This document shows, piece after piece, positions 12,867-29,981 of a stretch of DNA of 64,000 nucleotides; the stretch's first letter is position 1, and each line of letters starts with the position of its first letter. The notes under the pieces are model-generated. The model did no database searches. It was given only the letters and a program-made list of their open reading frames with translations, and was not told where the DNA came from. The stretch is from NCBI RefSeq assembly GCF_009914755.1, contig NC_060934.1. The stretch is one strand, 5' to 3'. Both the position numbers and the translations under genes were made by a program. This DNA is from the human T2T-CHM13v2.0 reference genome, Homo sapiens.

Positions 12867-13537
12867 GACATCACAAAAGAATAGCCATGAAATAAAATAA
12901 CCTTATAAATTATATTTAGGTATTTATAAACTCAGGCCATAAACTCAGGCAATTAAGCTGTGGACATGTGCAGCAGTAATAAGCGTGTGAGCTTACACTG
13001 AAGGCTGAATATTGAAAATGAAAGCCCAATACATATTGTAATGCCACAGCTGATGTCAACTGTCCTCCTTGTTTTTTGATTCCATAGTTTATGATTCATG
13101 ACACTTCAATACATTTTTATTTAGATTTTTAACAAATGAACAATGGTGAATTGCTGTACTGTGAAAAATCCTAGTGGAATGACTCATATTATCTTCTCTA
13201 CTTCGCCAAAACTGTCTTCTAAATTGTGATTTTTCAATGCATATGTGGAAAAACATAAATAATGATTATAATAAATCCTGTAATCCCTTTCAGGAGATTT
13301 TCACCATATCTTAATAGTCTATCAATATATTTTAAATACTTAGTGTATCGAGCCATTGAGTACTTCGAAGATGGTCACTTTCACCAAATTTCTTTTATGT
13401 TTTTATTTTGTTTGAATTTTTATATGGATGTTCGGTTTAGATGCTCCCCTTTCCTGAATCTCGAAAATAAAAATAAGTGCATTGTGCGTTGGGTGAGATG
13501 GGAGCAGGGAACAATATGATGGAAACATTATACATAC

Positions 13538-13719
13538 AGCCAGGTAATCTAAAGTGCAGTTTGGATGATGCTCCAAGTGAAAGTCTTTGAATTCCAGTTC
13601 AAATGCGCTGCCGTGGCTAGATTTCAACCACCAGTAGCATTCAGAGCTGTGGTAATAGGGCATCGGGTAGTTGGGAGATATGAACGTGCCGCTTGAAGTG
13701 GTGAGATTACCCCCGCAAC
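13538..13719 (-). CDS. CUBN: Cubilin exon 25 (182 nt), CUB7 first half: [18 protein letters not shown]...CTLDYLA
   Basis: Inside ORF 13403..13789; acceptor ctgtag|GT, donor GCT|gtatgt. Confidence 0.96.
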
Positions 13720-13867
13720 CTACAGGAGAAAGAAGTGGAATGACACACACCCCTTTCCTTCTGGGGAAATTGAATCTTTTTGTCTGCATTAAACTGGTGC
13801 CATTCTACTATCCTTTAAATCAAATTGCACAGCAAAATGGCATCATGAAAGAGTAGTTATAGCCTAA

Positions 13868-14216
<349 letters not shown>

Positions 14217-14464
14217 CCAATTTCCATTAATGCAATTTCCTTATTCTAACCAGGATTCTTATTTATTGATAAAAAGAAACTAGAACTTTCTCCCTTTGTC
14301 TGTTAAAAAGAAATGGCTGCTGTTAATTTAAAATTATTTGCAATATTGAAGTTTAAATACAGCTGGGCAAACATGGACAAGTGAGGGACAGAGCATGACA
14401 ATCCCAGAATCAAGAAACCAATCAGATTGGCTTCTCCAGTAAAAGACAGCTCTTTGCTATTTAC

Positions 14465-14625
14465 CTGTTGATGACCCATCCCAGTAAGCTGAGAATCCAG
14501 ACCTTGTGTCTATTTGGTCACTCTTAAATTTTAACCATAGTTTGTTACTATGAGAGATGATTGTTGGGGGTAGATTTGAGCCATAGAATATTCCCAGCAA
14601 TGGTGATTTTTCATAGCCTCCATCT
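14465..14625 (-). CDS. CUBN: Cubilin exon 24 (161 nt), CUB6 second half: [20 protein letters not shown]...AYWDGSST
   Basis: Acceptor tgccag|A, donor ACAG|gtaaat; read manually. Confidence 0.95.
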
Positions 14626-15944
14626 CTGGCAGAATACAGAAATTAAAATTTATTGGGTTACTGACAATATTACTGTATAAACATTTAACATAATTTGAAC
14701 TTTGGGATTGCAAACATTAGCAGTTTATTGGATGAAGTAATTTCTCTCAAACACTACACTTACTCTAAAAAACACGATTTTCACTTTTAAATTTTTAAAA
14801 ATCATATTTGAATGACTTAACAAAGAATAACCATCATTCATAGCTGGTATGGTGTTTTATATAACCAATCACAAACTGAGAGAATATGTTTAATCTTCAC
14901 CCTTTCGAATAAAGCCTCTGGCAAATGTGTCAGAGAAAACACGATAAAGAAACTATACTATTAACTATATAAACATACTGCTGTATTTTACAGAGAATCT
15001 TTCAACGTTTTCCTTCTGATTTGGAAATTTTTGAAATGTAATATATCATATTTGATATACTTAGCAAAATTCTGGAAATAGCATTTTCCTAAAAACTTCT
15101 GGGGCCTTAATTCTAGTTTATAATCTGTAGCTTTTTGAAACAAACAACAAAAAAGGGATTTATTCAACATCAAAGTCCAGTGAGTAACTGCTGTAAATTA
15201 AGAAAATTATGTCATTTTAGCACGATAGGGTCCAATTATGATTTATTATTTTAATACCTTACTTTATATTATAGAATAACATTTATAATACATAAGATTC
15301 CAGATTTAAAATCCCAAATAAAACATTTGATATAGATGCCCACCAGAATGATTAGCCTAATTTAACTCAAAGTAGTGGCATGGAGAGATAGTAACATATA
15401 AGCTAACTTACTTTTACTGCAAATATAACTTTTTAAACACATTCTTTCAAAATGATGATAATGAAAGAATAATGCCTTGTACTGAAATTCACAAGCCTAG
15501 ACTTTTATTACCTGAACATGAAAACTTTGTGAAAACTTTAAGATTGCTATCCTGCCATCATTTTATAATATAATTAGATTAAATGAACAGCAAACAGCCT
15601 AAAATTTACATCGATTTTACATAATTAAAGTAGGTATTCAACAGTAGCAAGTTACATCATTTCAGAGTAGTAGCACATCTGTTTCTTTGCCCACATAAAA
15701 TCTGGAGTTTATTTTCAAGTATTTCCAATAAAATAATCACTTCAAAATAACCACAGAATCTTATGCAATTCCTGTATTTCTCCTAAGTCAGGCTCCAAAT
15801 GACAAACTTTATTTCTTGCAAGAAAGTGCACAGCAGGGAGCTTTGCAGAGAATTTCCATATTTTTTTCCTTAATCTTCCTAGGAAAGATTATTAATGAGA
15901 ATAAATAATGAAAAGATTATAATGAAATAAATAAAAGTGCTGAC

Positions 15945-16134
15945 CTGATTTCCAGAAAATCTGTATAATAGTTTCCAATGGCTTCCTCCAAGGAGAAGTT
16001 TGTGAAGTGCACTGCAATCAGTTGGCCAGTTCTCACTGTGATCCGATAAATGCATTCCCAGTTGTTGGGATAATTATTGGGGAAGTTTGGAGAAGTGAAT
16101 GTCCCCAAATCATCTGTGTAGTCTTGCAAACATG
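15945..16134 (-). CDS. CUBN: Cubilin exon 23 (190 nt), CUB6 first half: [22 protein letters not shown]...DFLEI
   Basis: Inside ORF 15917..16195; acceptor tcacag|CA, donor ATCAG|gtcagc. Confidence 0.96.
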
Positions 16135-16972
16135 CTGTGAACAGAAACAGACCATAAGAGAGAAAATAGAAAATATTGATATGTTTATAATACATCCAGT
16201 AATATGTATTTCATTAATTTGTGCCTATACTTGATTTTCAATAAGCCATTCTGGAATGTGCAAATAAAGACTTCATTCTGAAACAAAGTTTTTGTAATCT
16301 TAAAGACAAAATAATTACCAACACTAAATCTAAGCTATGGAGAGGAAATTGTTATATATATCTTGAGTAAACAACCCTTTAAGTCTTGAAAGTGTTACGT
16401 TTTTCTAATCCTTGCAAATTACCATAAACATTAAAAATTAGGATCCACTGCAGGAGGGCCTAGAAATAATTCAATCTTGCCTTTTCATAAGCTCCCTTTA
16501 AAGTGGTTTTCACCAAAGCATGCATTTATGAGAAATGACAAAGCAGGTACCTCCACCACGGGGTGAAGAATAAGGGCCCAGGCTCAAGGATCAGAGTGAT
16601 CTCGAATGAAAACCCTCTCAAACACTGTCAAGCTCTGCAGCCTTGGGAGAGTTACTGTACTTCTCTAAGCCTTAGTTCTCACATCTCGCAAATGAAGAGG
16701 ATTGCTACCTTTGACTGAAGGTTTAAGAGTTAAAGATAATGCATTACAAGGGCTTAGCCCATGATATGCACTCAGTAAATGGTGGTCATTTACTTTATAA
16801 GGAAGACATTAGGTCATTTATAAAACATTTAGCATAGTACCTGGACAATTTTGAAGTCCTAAATAAATATCTTCTTTAAAAACTTTTCTAGTTTAACAGT
16901 TTTAACGTTACCTATTCAGTCGATTCTGTGTTTATTACCACCCACTCAATCTCCTATGCCCTCCAAATCTGA

Positions 16973-17275
<303 letters not shown>

Positions 17276-19610
17276 TAAACTATTGTGTTTCATTGTGAGT
17301 CAAAATAATAATAATAATAATAAGGATGTTTAGTTATGCTGTTTCCCTAGTTGCTGCTATATAATCCCCATGCTCAGAAAAGAAGAATCATTGGTATTGA
17401 AAACATAGAGATGCATAGAACATATTATAGGTTCTACTATCTGTGTGTAGCTCTCAAAGGAATGGGCATTCGCCAGATATTTGATTTTACTCTATTTTAA
17501 ACAGCAAGCAATCAAGGCTTTACTTTATTGAAGGAATTCACAGTGACATTTAACACCAAAGATTATGTTTAACTCCAAAAGTATAGAAAAGTATGCTTCT
17601 CTGTAGTCTGCCAAAATATTTCCACAAGTGGAAAGGAAGGTAGAGAGGAAGGGAATAAGACAGACAGAAGGGAGACAACAGGAAAGGCAGAAAAGAGGGA
17701 TAAAGAGAGCGGGGAGGAGTATAGCATTGGTCTATTAATATTTCAGACCCAGTAATGAAACTTACTAAGCTAAAAAAAGGACATCAAATGAAAGCAATGA
17801 CCCAGTATCCCTGAGTTGACAGAACAGACAGACTCATTGACCCACACACAGAGAGCTTTGGCCAGTAAATCAAATATTTAGAGGAAATTATCTGTCGTCA
17901 CTTGTTCTTGCTTACTCACTGTACTCCTGGAGGGGAAATACAATTGTCTTGCATATCTCTAATGCAACTTGTCTGTGGGAGAATGTTAAGTGTGATTAGG
18001 TCTCAGGTGGAGGAACCTGAATTAATGACATTTTGGGGCAATAATGATGGGTAGTTTCCCTTTATCTTGCTTACATGAATGTGATTATTCTGGAACAACT
18101 GGTGGGAGTCTGTTAATCTGTACTGAAATTTTGATTTACTCACCAAGCTTCTTTTCTGTTGCTGGCACAAAAGTAAACTACAGTTCTTGATGTGTTCCAA
18201 TGATATTTACACCATTCACTTTGTCTGAAATGCTTTACCCTTTACCTAACCCGCCACCCAACAACCCCTGCCAATACACAGTTTAACATATACACTCTTA
18301 CCCATCATTTAAGGTTGGCTGAAACCTTTCCCAACCAAGCAGAATTAATTTATTTAGCATAATAAAATTTTATGCAAATAGCAATTTGAACCCCAAACAT
18401 ATTTTGTAATTGTTTTTATGTGAGTATATTTACCTTACTAAACCTTGGGATATGACTAAGACTTTATTAACCATTATTTACTATCACTGTAGTACCTGGC
18501 CCAGATGAGGTCCCAGTAAGTAGTTGTTGAAATATTATTACATGATGTGTTGGAAACGAAGGGGACTGGTACATGCATCTAAGTTCCTCCCACTCTCCCT
18601 ACTCCATTCAGTTCTTCTCTTTCAAACTACCCCTAAACTCCAATCCTACGACTTCTATTTTTCTCACCTCATTTTTCCTCTCTCTCTCTTCTTCCTGTAC
18701 TCTATCCTGGTTGGCTGAGGTTCTTTAATATTTTTTTAATTCCAGCTATGACAAGCAACTGTACTAAACTAGCTGCTCTCCTTAAGAACTGTAAAACTGA
18801 ACAAAATATTGGACAATCTGCAGTACAAGATTGTGATTCTTGACAGAAAGGAAACTCATGATGTACGACTCTTGATTTCCTTGGCTTTCTACCTGTGCAG
18901 AATTTCCTGACCACAGAAGGGAGCTGAAGTCCAAGTAGTGAATGACAGTCCTACTGAGCTGATGATGCAAAGATTAGAGTTGCCAAAGCAGCTGGAACTA
19001 TATGGAAATTCTACAGAGAAGAAGAAGTATATAGAGAGGAAAGCCGGGCATCTGAGTAGGGCTTCCCATGGATTCTTAGCTAAGCCTGGGCTGAGAATAC
19101 ATAAGGTGAGACTTCAGAAAGCATGTCAGACAGGAGCTGCTACTAGGCTGGAAGCGGAAACAAGATCATTTAGAGTTCTCTCCCATTCCAGAATGGGGAT
19201 ACCTCCTTAACACCTCAGGCATTCAAATGAGACACCTAAAAGGCCATATCTTACAAGTGAAGACCATGGCCAAGAGTAGGGCTCTCTAGAACTTCCGGGC
19301 CAAAGGATAAGTCTTAACAAGACCTGCAGGAATCATAGAAGTTGGAGGTAGAGACCTAGCAAGTTAGAGGGGCTCGAGAAACAGGGATGTTCACAAATAT
19401 TCTTTAGCAAGTACAGATATAAACCTATGCAGATACAAAGTAATCAGCTAGATATCAAACTAGCTTCAGAGGAAGATAAGATAATACAGAGTGTCTACAA
19501 CACATAATTTACCCACATGATATGGGACCCCCATATCATGTCCCAATCTATCATGTCCACTATAAAACCCAAAACTATTACAAATATTAAAAAAAAAGAG
19601 AGAAAATATG

Positions 19611-19923
<313 letters not shown>

Positions 19924-20941
19924 TCAAATCAAGAAAAGAAATGTCATCAGTAGTCAAGAAAAATGTGGTCATAGTTGAGAAAAAAAATGTCATCTTGTGA
20001 TTCAAAGATGATCCAGGTGTTAGATTTAAAAGAGAAAGACTTTAAAGCAGCCATTAAAAATATGTGCAAAGACTTAAAGAAAAAGCCTTAAAAAGTAAAC
20101 AGATATGAAATTTTGGCCCAAAAAGGGAGAAAATTATTAAAAGGAACCATGAAAATTATATAACTTAAAATTACACTAATTCAAATTAAAACTTCATGAC
20201 AAGTTTAACAGTAAACTGTAGGCAGAAGAAAAAAAGGTCAGTAAACTTTAATATGTATTAATAGACATAATTTAATCTAAAGAACAAAGAAAAAAGAACT
20301 CCAGGAAAATGGACAGATATTTAAAAAAACAAAGAAAAAACAACAAATAGGTTAACACACATACAATTAGAGAACCAGAAGAAGAAGGTAATAAAAATGG
20401 GCCAAAAAAAGAGAAGGAAATAGCGGCTAAAATTCTCCTAAATTTTATGAAAAATGTCTAGTAAGATATAGGAGTTCAGTCAATACTAAACAGGAGAAAT
20501 AAAAGAAAACTACACTTGGACATGTCAGAGTGAATCTATTAGAAAACAGAAACAAGGAAAACACAGAAGCCAGTTGGGGCGGGGGGGAAGCCACATCACA
20601 TACAGGGACATCATGATAAGGATGACAGCTGGCTTCTAAACAGAAGCAATGGAGGCAAGAAGAAAATGGAATACATCTTTAAAATGTTGAGATGGGGAAA
20701 ACAGGTTTAAATATCCAGCAAAACTACTTTTTTAAAAAACGAGAGTGTAACATTTTTAGACAAACAGAAGCTGACATAATTTGTCACTGGAAGACTTGTA
20801 CTGTATGAAATAATAATATCCATTGGGCCAAAGGAAAATGATACCAAACAGAAAATATCTCCAAGAAGGAATGAAGAACACTGGAAATGATAAATCATTG
20901 TATAAATATAAATGATAGGCTTTCTTTTCATTATCTCCTTA

Positions 20942-21431
<490 letters not shown>

Positions 21432-22575
21432 TTACACTAGTATGACAGTATTTCACTTGTGAAGTATAAAGGGGAATTTGTGTAATATGAAGTGTCAGGT
21501 ATGAATTGGAAGGTATGAAATGTAAAGCAGCTGCATATTAACTCTAAGAAAACTTGCTTATAAGTTAAGGAGTATATTTTTAGACCTAATGTAAAAATAC
21601 AAAAAAAAAGGTATCATTAAAAAGACAATGAAGGAAATAGAATGGAATACTAATAATATTCTGTAAACCAAAATGAAGACAGAATAATGGCAACACAAAA
21701 AGAGATGAATGGAAAACAACTACCATAATGGTATGTTAAATTCAACCATAAAAATAATTACATTAGTTGTAAATGGTCTAAATACTTCAACTAAAACACA
21801 GAAAAAGCAGGACCCAATTATATGCTTTTTACTATGCATGCACATTATATATAATGATGCCATTATATATAATGGTGAAACTAAGTTGTAACTAAAAGAA
21901 TGAAAAAAGATATACCATATGAACAGTAAATATAAGAAAGCTGAAATCACTGAAATAATATCAAACAAAAGTGACTTCAAGAAGGATAATATTATTAGAT
22001 TTATAGAAAGACATTTCATAATGACAAAGGGGACAATTTATCAGTAAAACATAATAATCCTAAATGTGCATGCATGAAGTAATAGTTTCAAAATACACGA
22101 AGGAAAGTGAAAAGGCAAAAATTAAAGAAAAAAATAAAACCATGATTAGAGTTGAAGATTTTAACACCTTTCTCTCAGTAACCGAAAATGAAACAGATAA
22201 AGATGAATAGGGGTATAGAAAATCTGACCAACACTCAGCCGACTTAAAGCCAATTGACAGAGAGCACTACACTTAATAACTGCAGACAACACAGTTTTTC
22301 AAGCATACATGAAACATTCAGCAGCATAGACCACATGCAGGGCTGTAACACAATTCTCCATAAATTTTAAACAATTGAAAACTTAGAAAGTATATCATTT
22401 AACCACAATAAAACTGAAATTATAAATCAATAAGACATCTAGAAAACCTGCAAATATTTGAAAGTTAAATAATACATTTGCAAATAATCCATAGAACAAA
22501 GAAGAAATCACAAGATAATTGGAAAATATTTTGAACTGGAAGTTACTGAAAATAAAACATTAAAATTTGGGAGGT

Positions 22576-22873
<298 letters not shown>

Positions 22874-24855
22874 CTGGGGAGGTGAAGTGAAGTAGTGCTT
22901 AAAGGCTATATCTATATCTATCTATCTGTAGTTAATTTTTATCTAAAGAAACTAGAGAAAAGCTAACTAAGGCAAGAATTAAATGAAATAATATAAGAAC
23001 AGAAATCAATTAAATGGAAAATGCAATAGCAATAGAGAAAATAAACAATGTCAAAAATTGGTTCTTTGAGAAAATTATTAAAATTGATAGAATTCTACCA
23101 AAACTGATCAAAGAAAAAAGAAAAAAAACACAAATTACCATTTTCAGGAATGAAGAGGGGATGTCACTATAGAATCTTCAGACATTAAAATAATAGAAAG
23201 ACACCATTACAAAAAACTGTGCAAATATATTTGACAACATACATAAAATAGATGAATTCTTTCAAAATTCCCATAACTGACTCAAAATGAAATAGAAAGC
23301 TTTAATAGTCTCTATTAATTGAAGAAATTAAATTTGTAATATAAAACCTTCCTACAAAGAAAACTACAGGCTCAAATAATTTCACTGGTGGAATTGTATC
23401 AAACAATTAAGAAATTGTTTATATTCCACAAACTCAGAAAATAGAGGAGAAGATATTTTCTAACTAACAAGACCAATATTACTCCTATACCAAACCAGAC
23501 AAAGAAATTCAGGAAGATTACAGTTCAGTATGTCTTACACTGATGCAAAAATCCATAAGAAAATTTTAGCATAACAATTCTGAATACACGTAAAAGTTAT
23601 AATAGATCAGAACCAGGTGGAGTTCTGATGTATTACACAAGATTGGTTTGACAGTAGAAAACTAAATCAACATAATTTACCACCTAAACAGAATAAAAAA
23701 AGAAAAGCTTTGAAAGATACCAAAAGATGCAGAAAAATTCAACACCTATCCAGGATAAAAACTCAGCAAGTATGCCCAGAAGGGAACTCAACAAACTGAT
23801 GAATGGCATCTATGGAAAATCCAAAGCTAACATCATACTTAAGTGGTAAAGGACTAAACGCTTTCCTGTCAAGATTAAGAAAAAGGCCAACATTCCAACC
23901 TCACCCTTTCTGTTCAAGAATGCACAGAAAGTTCTAGCCATCACAGCAATACACATACACAGAGAAAGAGGGACAGAGAGAGAGAAGGGAAAAAATAAAA
24001 CTTATTTAACTTATTCACAGTTATTGTCATCTATGTAGTATATACTAAAGGATTTATTTAAGTCATTAGAACTAATAACTGAGTTAAACAAGACTGCAGA
24101 ATACAAGATATGTATACAAAAATCCATTTATGTTGCATATATCAGCCAAACAACCAGAAAGTAAAATTTTAAAATAGCATATATAATATGGCATGTCATT
24201 TTATAATAGCATAAAAACACGAAACACTTGATAACAAGTTTAATAGAAACATGCACAAACTCTACACTGAAAACTTTATTGCTGAAGGAAATGAAGGAAG
24301 ATCTGAATAAATGGAGAGGTAAAATATGTTCATGGATTGGAAGGCTGAATTTAAGATGACCTTTATCCCCAAATTGGTCTGTAAATTCAATGCAATCTCA
24401 ATCAAATTCTCAAGTTTTTTTATATATTGAAAAGCTGATTCTAAAATGAATATGGAGACACAAAAAATCTAGGATAGCCCAAACAATTTTGAAAAATAAG
24501 TACCAATCTAGAGGTTTTATACTTCCAGATTTTAATATACAATATGAAATTATGTAACATTAAGTAATATAATGTTCTATTGTTAAAGGGGTAAATATGT
24601 ACAGCAGTGTGATGAAATAGAGATTCCAGAAGCAGACCTACACATGAACACAGGCAGGTGATTTTCAACAAAAATGCAAAAGCAATTCAGTGGGAGTGGG
24701 GGTGAAGGAGAATCTTTTCAATAAATGGTGCTTGAACAATTAAATACCATTTGCTAAACACACTTGGACACATAACTCACACCATATAGAAAAATTGATG
24801 CAAAATGGATCATAGAACACGTATAAAATCTCAAACTATAAAACTTCTAGAAGGA

Positions 24856-25377
<522 letters not shown>

Positions 25378-25595
25378 TCATTAATAAGAAACAAACAAAA
25401 ATGAACCATATGGTTTTAATGAACACCTCACAAAAGAAAATAAATGAATTGTCAAAAAGCATGTGAAAAGGACTCAGCACTATTAGTCATCAGGGAAATG
25501 CAAAATAAAACCATCAGATACTGCTATGCAACTGCCAGTGGCTAAAAATGAAAAGATTGGCAATATTAAGGATTGGGAAAGATGGAGAAAAGAAC

Positions 25596-26002
25596 TGCTG
25601 CAAGGCAGGCAAGCCCCCATATTGGGACTCCACCCAGGAAGGTTTTGGGCTTTGGCCAGGAAAGAATTCAAGGGTGAGCTGGTGGTAGAAAAAATCAGCT
25701 TCACTGAGGTATCAGTGTTCCAGCTCCGTGACTGCTCCTGCAGAGCAGGGCTACCCCATAGGCAACGTGTTGAGGGTAGCAGCTTGGCGCAGTTGTGCAG
25801 TCATATTTACACCCACATGCAAATTAAGGGGTGAGTTATTTGGAAATGTCTAGAAAAAGGATGGTAACTTCTGGGTGTTGTCATGGCAATGGCACACTGT
25901 CATGGCGCTGTTGGGCATGTCTTATGCAGAGGTGCTTCTGTCTCTTCCCTGTTTTAGCCAGTCTTCCATCTGGTCTGGTGTGGAGCCCCAACTCCTATTT
26001 CA
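25596..26002 (-). mobile_element. Solo ERV1-class LTR (~407 bp) inserted in the L1
   Basis: TG...CA ends, 4-bp flanks gaac/gaat, and U5-like cttgaattctttcctggccaaagccc on minus. Family not assigned. Confidence 0.7.
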
Positions 26003-26366
26003 GAATTGTCAATTATATAGGTGGGAATATAAAATGGCATAACCACTTTGGAAAACAATTTGGCACTTTCTTATAAAGTTAAACATATCATTACCATATG
26101 AGACCCAGAAGTTCTACTCCTAGGTATTTTACGCAAGAGAATGAATACGTCCACAAAAAACCTGCAAGTCAATGTTCATGGTAGCTTTTTTTGTAATAGC
26201 TAAAAACTGGGAAAAAAAAGCTCAACTATCTAACAACAGGTGAACAGATAATCAAATTATGATATATCGATGCAATGGAAGGCTAGTCAGCAATAGAAAG
26301 AAAAAAACACATGAATACAGCAACATGAAAAATTTCCAGACACATTATGCCAAATGAAAGAAGCCA

Positions 26367-26680
<314 letters not shown>

Positions 26681-28520
26681 CTATGTATTCCTGTTCACAG
26701 CTGCCTTTTGCACAGTTAAAACTATTCTATATTGGTAGAAACCAGGTGTGTGTTTGCTGACATAGAGGTTGTTGAGGAAACTAATAAAAGGAACACGAGG
26801 ATCCCTTCTGGAGGGACAGAAGTATTCGATAGCTTGAATGGAGAGGTAGTTAAATGGGTGTACACAATTCTGAAAATTATGGATAAATTTACTGAAATTA
26901 CAGGGAAAAATCCATATTATGTTAAAAGCTTGAAAGTTCTGTGCACAGACAGGTTGCACTCTCTAGAGAAAGTCCAATAAATAATTCAGATATCTAATAA
27001 AGAATACATAAAATTGAAATAGAGAAATAAAACATCATATTTGAAGGGACCCCTGCTACACGTATTAAACAATAGGATATTTAATCTTAAAACCTGATGG
27101 TAGTTTTATGAGATTCAAATTTCATAGAGAGAAAAATTACTATTCTCTGAACTTAATGCATCTATTTCTTGAAAGATTAAAAACCCCTCTTAACTATCAC
27201 TGAACTCTATAGATGTTTACATTTCTTCCCTTGACAATATAAATGGCTCCTTCTAGAATAATAGTAATACTGAAAAATATCAATACTAAGTTTTGGTTTC
27301 CTCTTGTGATTTTCAACAAAGCACAAATGATTAAATTAGAATGTGTTTCCATACAAGGATATTTATGTGTTGGCATGATGCTTATTATTACATCAATACA
27401 AAATGCAAAGATAAAAATGTATCTATGCCTTTTATTTTATCTTGTATTGCCAAAGGAAAATTCATATCCAATATCAGTTTAGCCTTTTATTATGGTCTAA
27501 GAACATTTACAAAGAAATGAAAAATGAAAGTACATTTTTCCTATCCCCTAAATTCAACTGAACTAGCAATGGAAAAGCACATCTCTGAGGATCAAAGACA
27601 ACTGTTGGCAAAACTCACATATTTTTCTCTCTGACCAACCTCAAAAAAAAAAATGTAAAGAAAGAAATGAAAAAACATACAAATGCCTTCTGTGGACCAT
27701 TACAAAAATCACAAAACTAGACTTTTCTAAAACTCACAATGTATCTTTGCCTTCACTAAACATTTTCAAATAAGTTTTTGTAACACAGGACTTGGCTCAT
27801 TATCAAAGGGGAAAATGAGAAACATCTATAACCTTCCAAACCACAAAGCAACAATGATATCAGTCCCATAAAATTTGAGCCACAGAAATAGGATAAGCTG
27901 ATCCTCTGGAGAGAGGAATGCATCTCATAGGGAGACTCTAGATTATGGGGAACTGCTCCAGCTCCTTCCTGCTTTGCATTATGGGATGATTTATGTGACT
28001 ATCCAATTACATTGAGGCTCAATCTTTAGGCTATGCTTTCTGAAATCACTTATGAAATGTTTGGTTTCTGAATGAATCCATATGACCTCTGATATTCTAG
28101 GAATGTGCTAAATAAACAGCTAACCCAGGAGCCATCATCTGCTTCCACAGACATATTTGGTTTAGCATCCTTCAAAGTGAAGACCCAAGGGAAGATATAA
28201 TTACAGGTTCAGTTTCTCCCTTAAGAAAGAAGAAGCCTTCTCAATCAAACTCAACATTTTGCTACAATTTTCTGCTAGGCGGTCATGGTCATTGCTTTTT
28301 CTTTTCCCTCTCAGATGACCAGTGCAGATTCATATAGAAATAAGCAAAGTAGCTATTGTAAAATTGTCCTTGGATATTGAGAATCATATTTTATATCTGG
28401 CAAAGTCATGGTCCTTTACAACTCTAATGTAATTTTCACATTGAATGTCTCATTTTGTCTTCCTCAACTTTGCAAAACAGCCAGGCATTATCACCACACT
28501 TTTTAGAGAGGTGTAGATGA

Positions 28521-28996
<476 letters not shown>

Positions 28997-29292
28997 TAGG
29001 GAACTCAGAATATCATGATTAAGCATTTTGTTGCATTTTTATTCTAAGGAGTAAGAAATATAACAAACAAGATAAATGAACTGAGCAGAGAAGTGCTGGG
29101 ACACCTGTACATACAAAATTATGAGAAAACACTAGCCAGTAAGAAAGTAAATCTTTAAAAGACGAATCGACTTACTACAACACCTTTTCCAGAGGGAAAA
29201 TATCTGAATCTCTCATAGCAAAGAATACAGAATTCAAGGTCGATAGAAATAATCAGAGAGGCTTGTGAGTTGTCCAAAGTATTCCAAATTAT

Positions 29293-29636
<344 letters not shown>

Positions 29637-29829
29637 GTATTCCTAATTAGTATCAAGGCTGAGAGTAGGACCAAGACTTCTGACCTCCCTACAGCATCCC
29701 CTTTCCCTGTGTCATGAATAGTACTTTCCATCATGAGCAGTTACAGTCCAATCCACTATTGTATCTCCCTTGTAATTCTACAGCAATTCACATGCTAAGG
29801 CTTGACTTTCAGAGTCCTTGATAAACTAC

Positions 29830-29981
29830 AAAGTTTCATTAGAACCCCTTGAATTGCTTGGCGAACAAGCACCCTAGACCTATTTTAATCAGAATTTCTG
29901 GGTGGGGCCCAGATGCCTGAATTTATAGCAAGAAAATCCCCCATCTCAAATTCCTTATGAACACTAGAATTTGAGAACACT
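29830..29981. mobile_element. MER5-like hAT DNA transposon remnant
   Basis: aatcagaatttctgggtggggcccag...aatttgagaacac. A similar remnant lies near 3055-3210. Confidence 0.55.

Noticed and set aside
15171-15179. HNF4-type CAAAGTCCA motif (and partial HNF1-like sites near 36954 and 51577)
   Set aside because: A single 9-mer is expected about once by chance in 64 kb; no supporting cluster.
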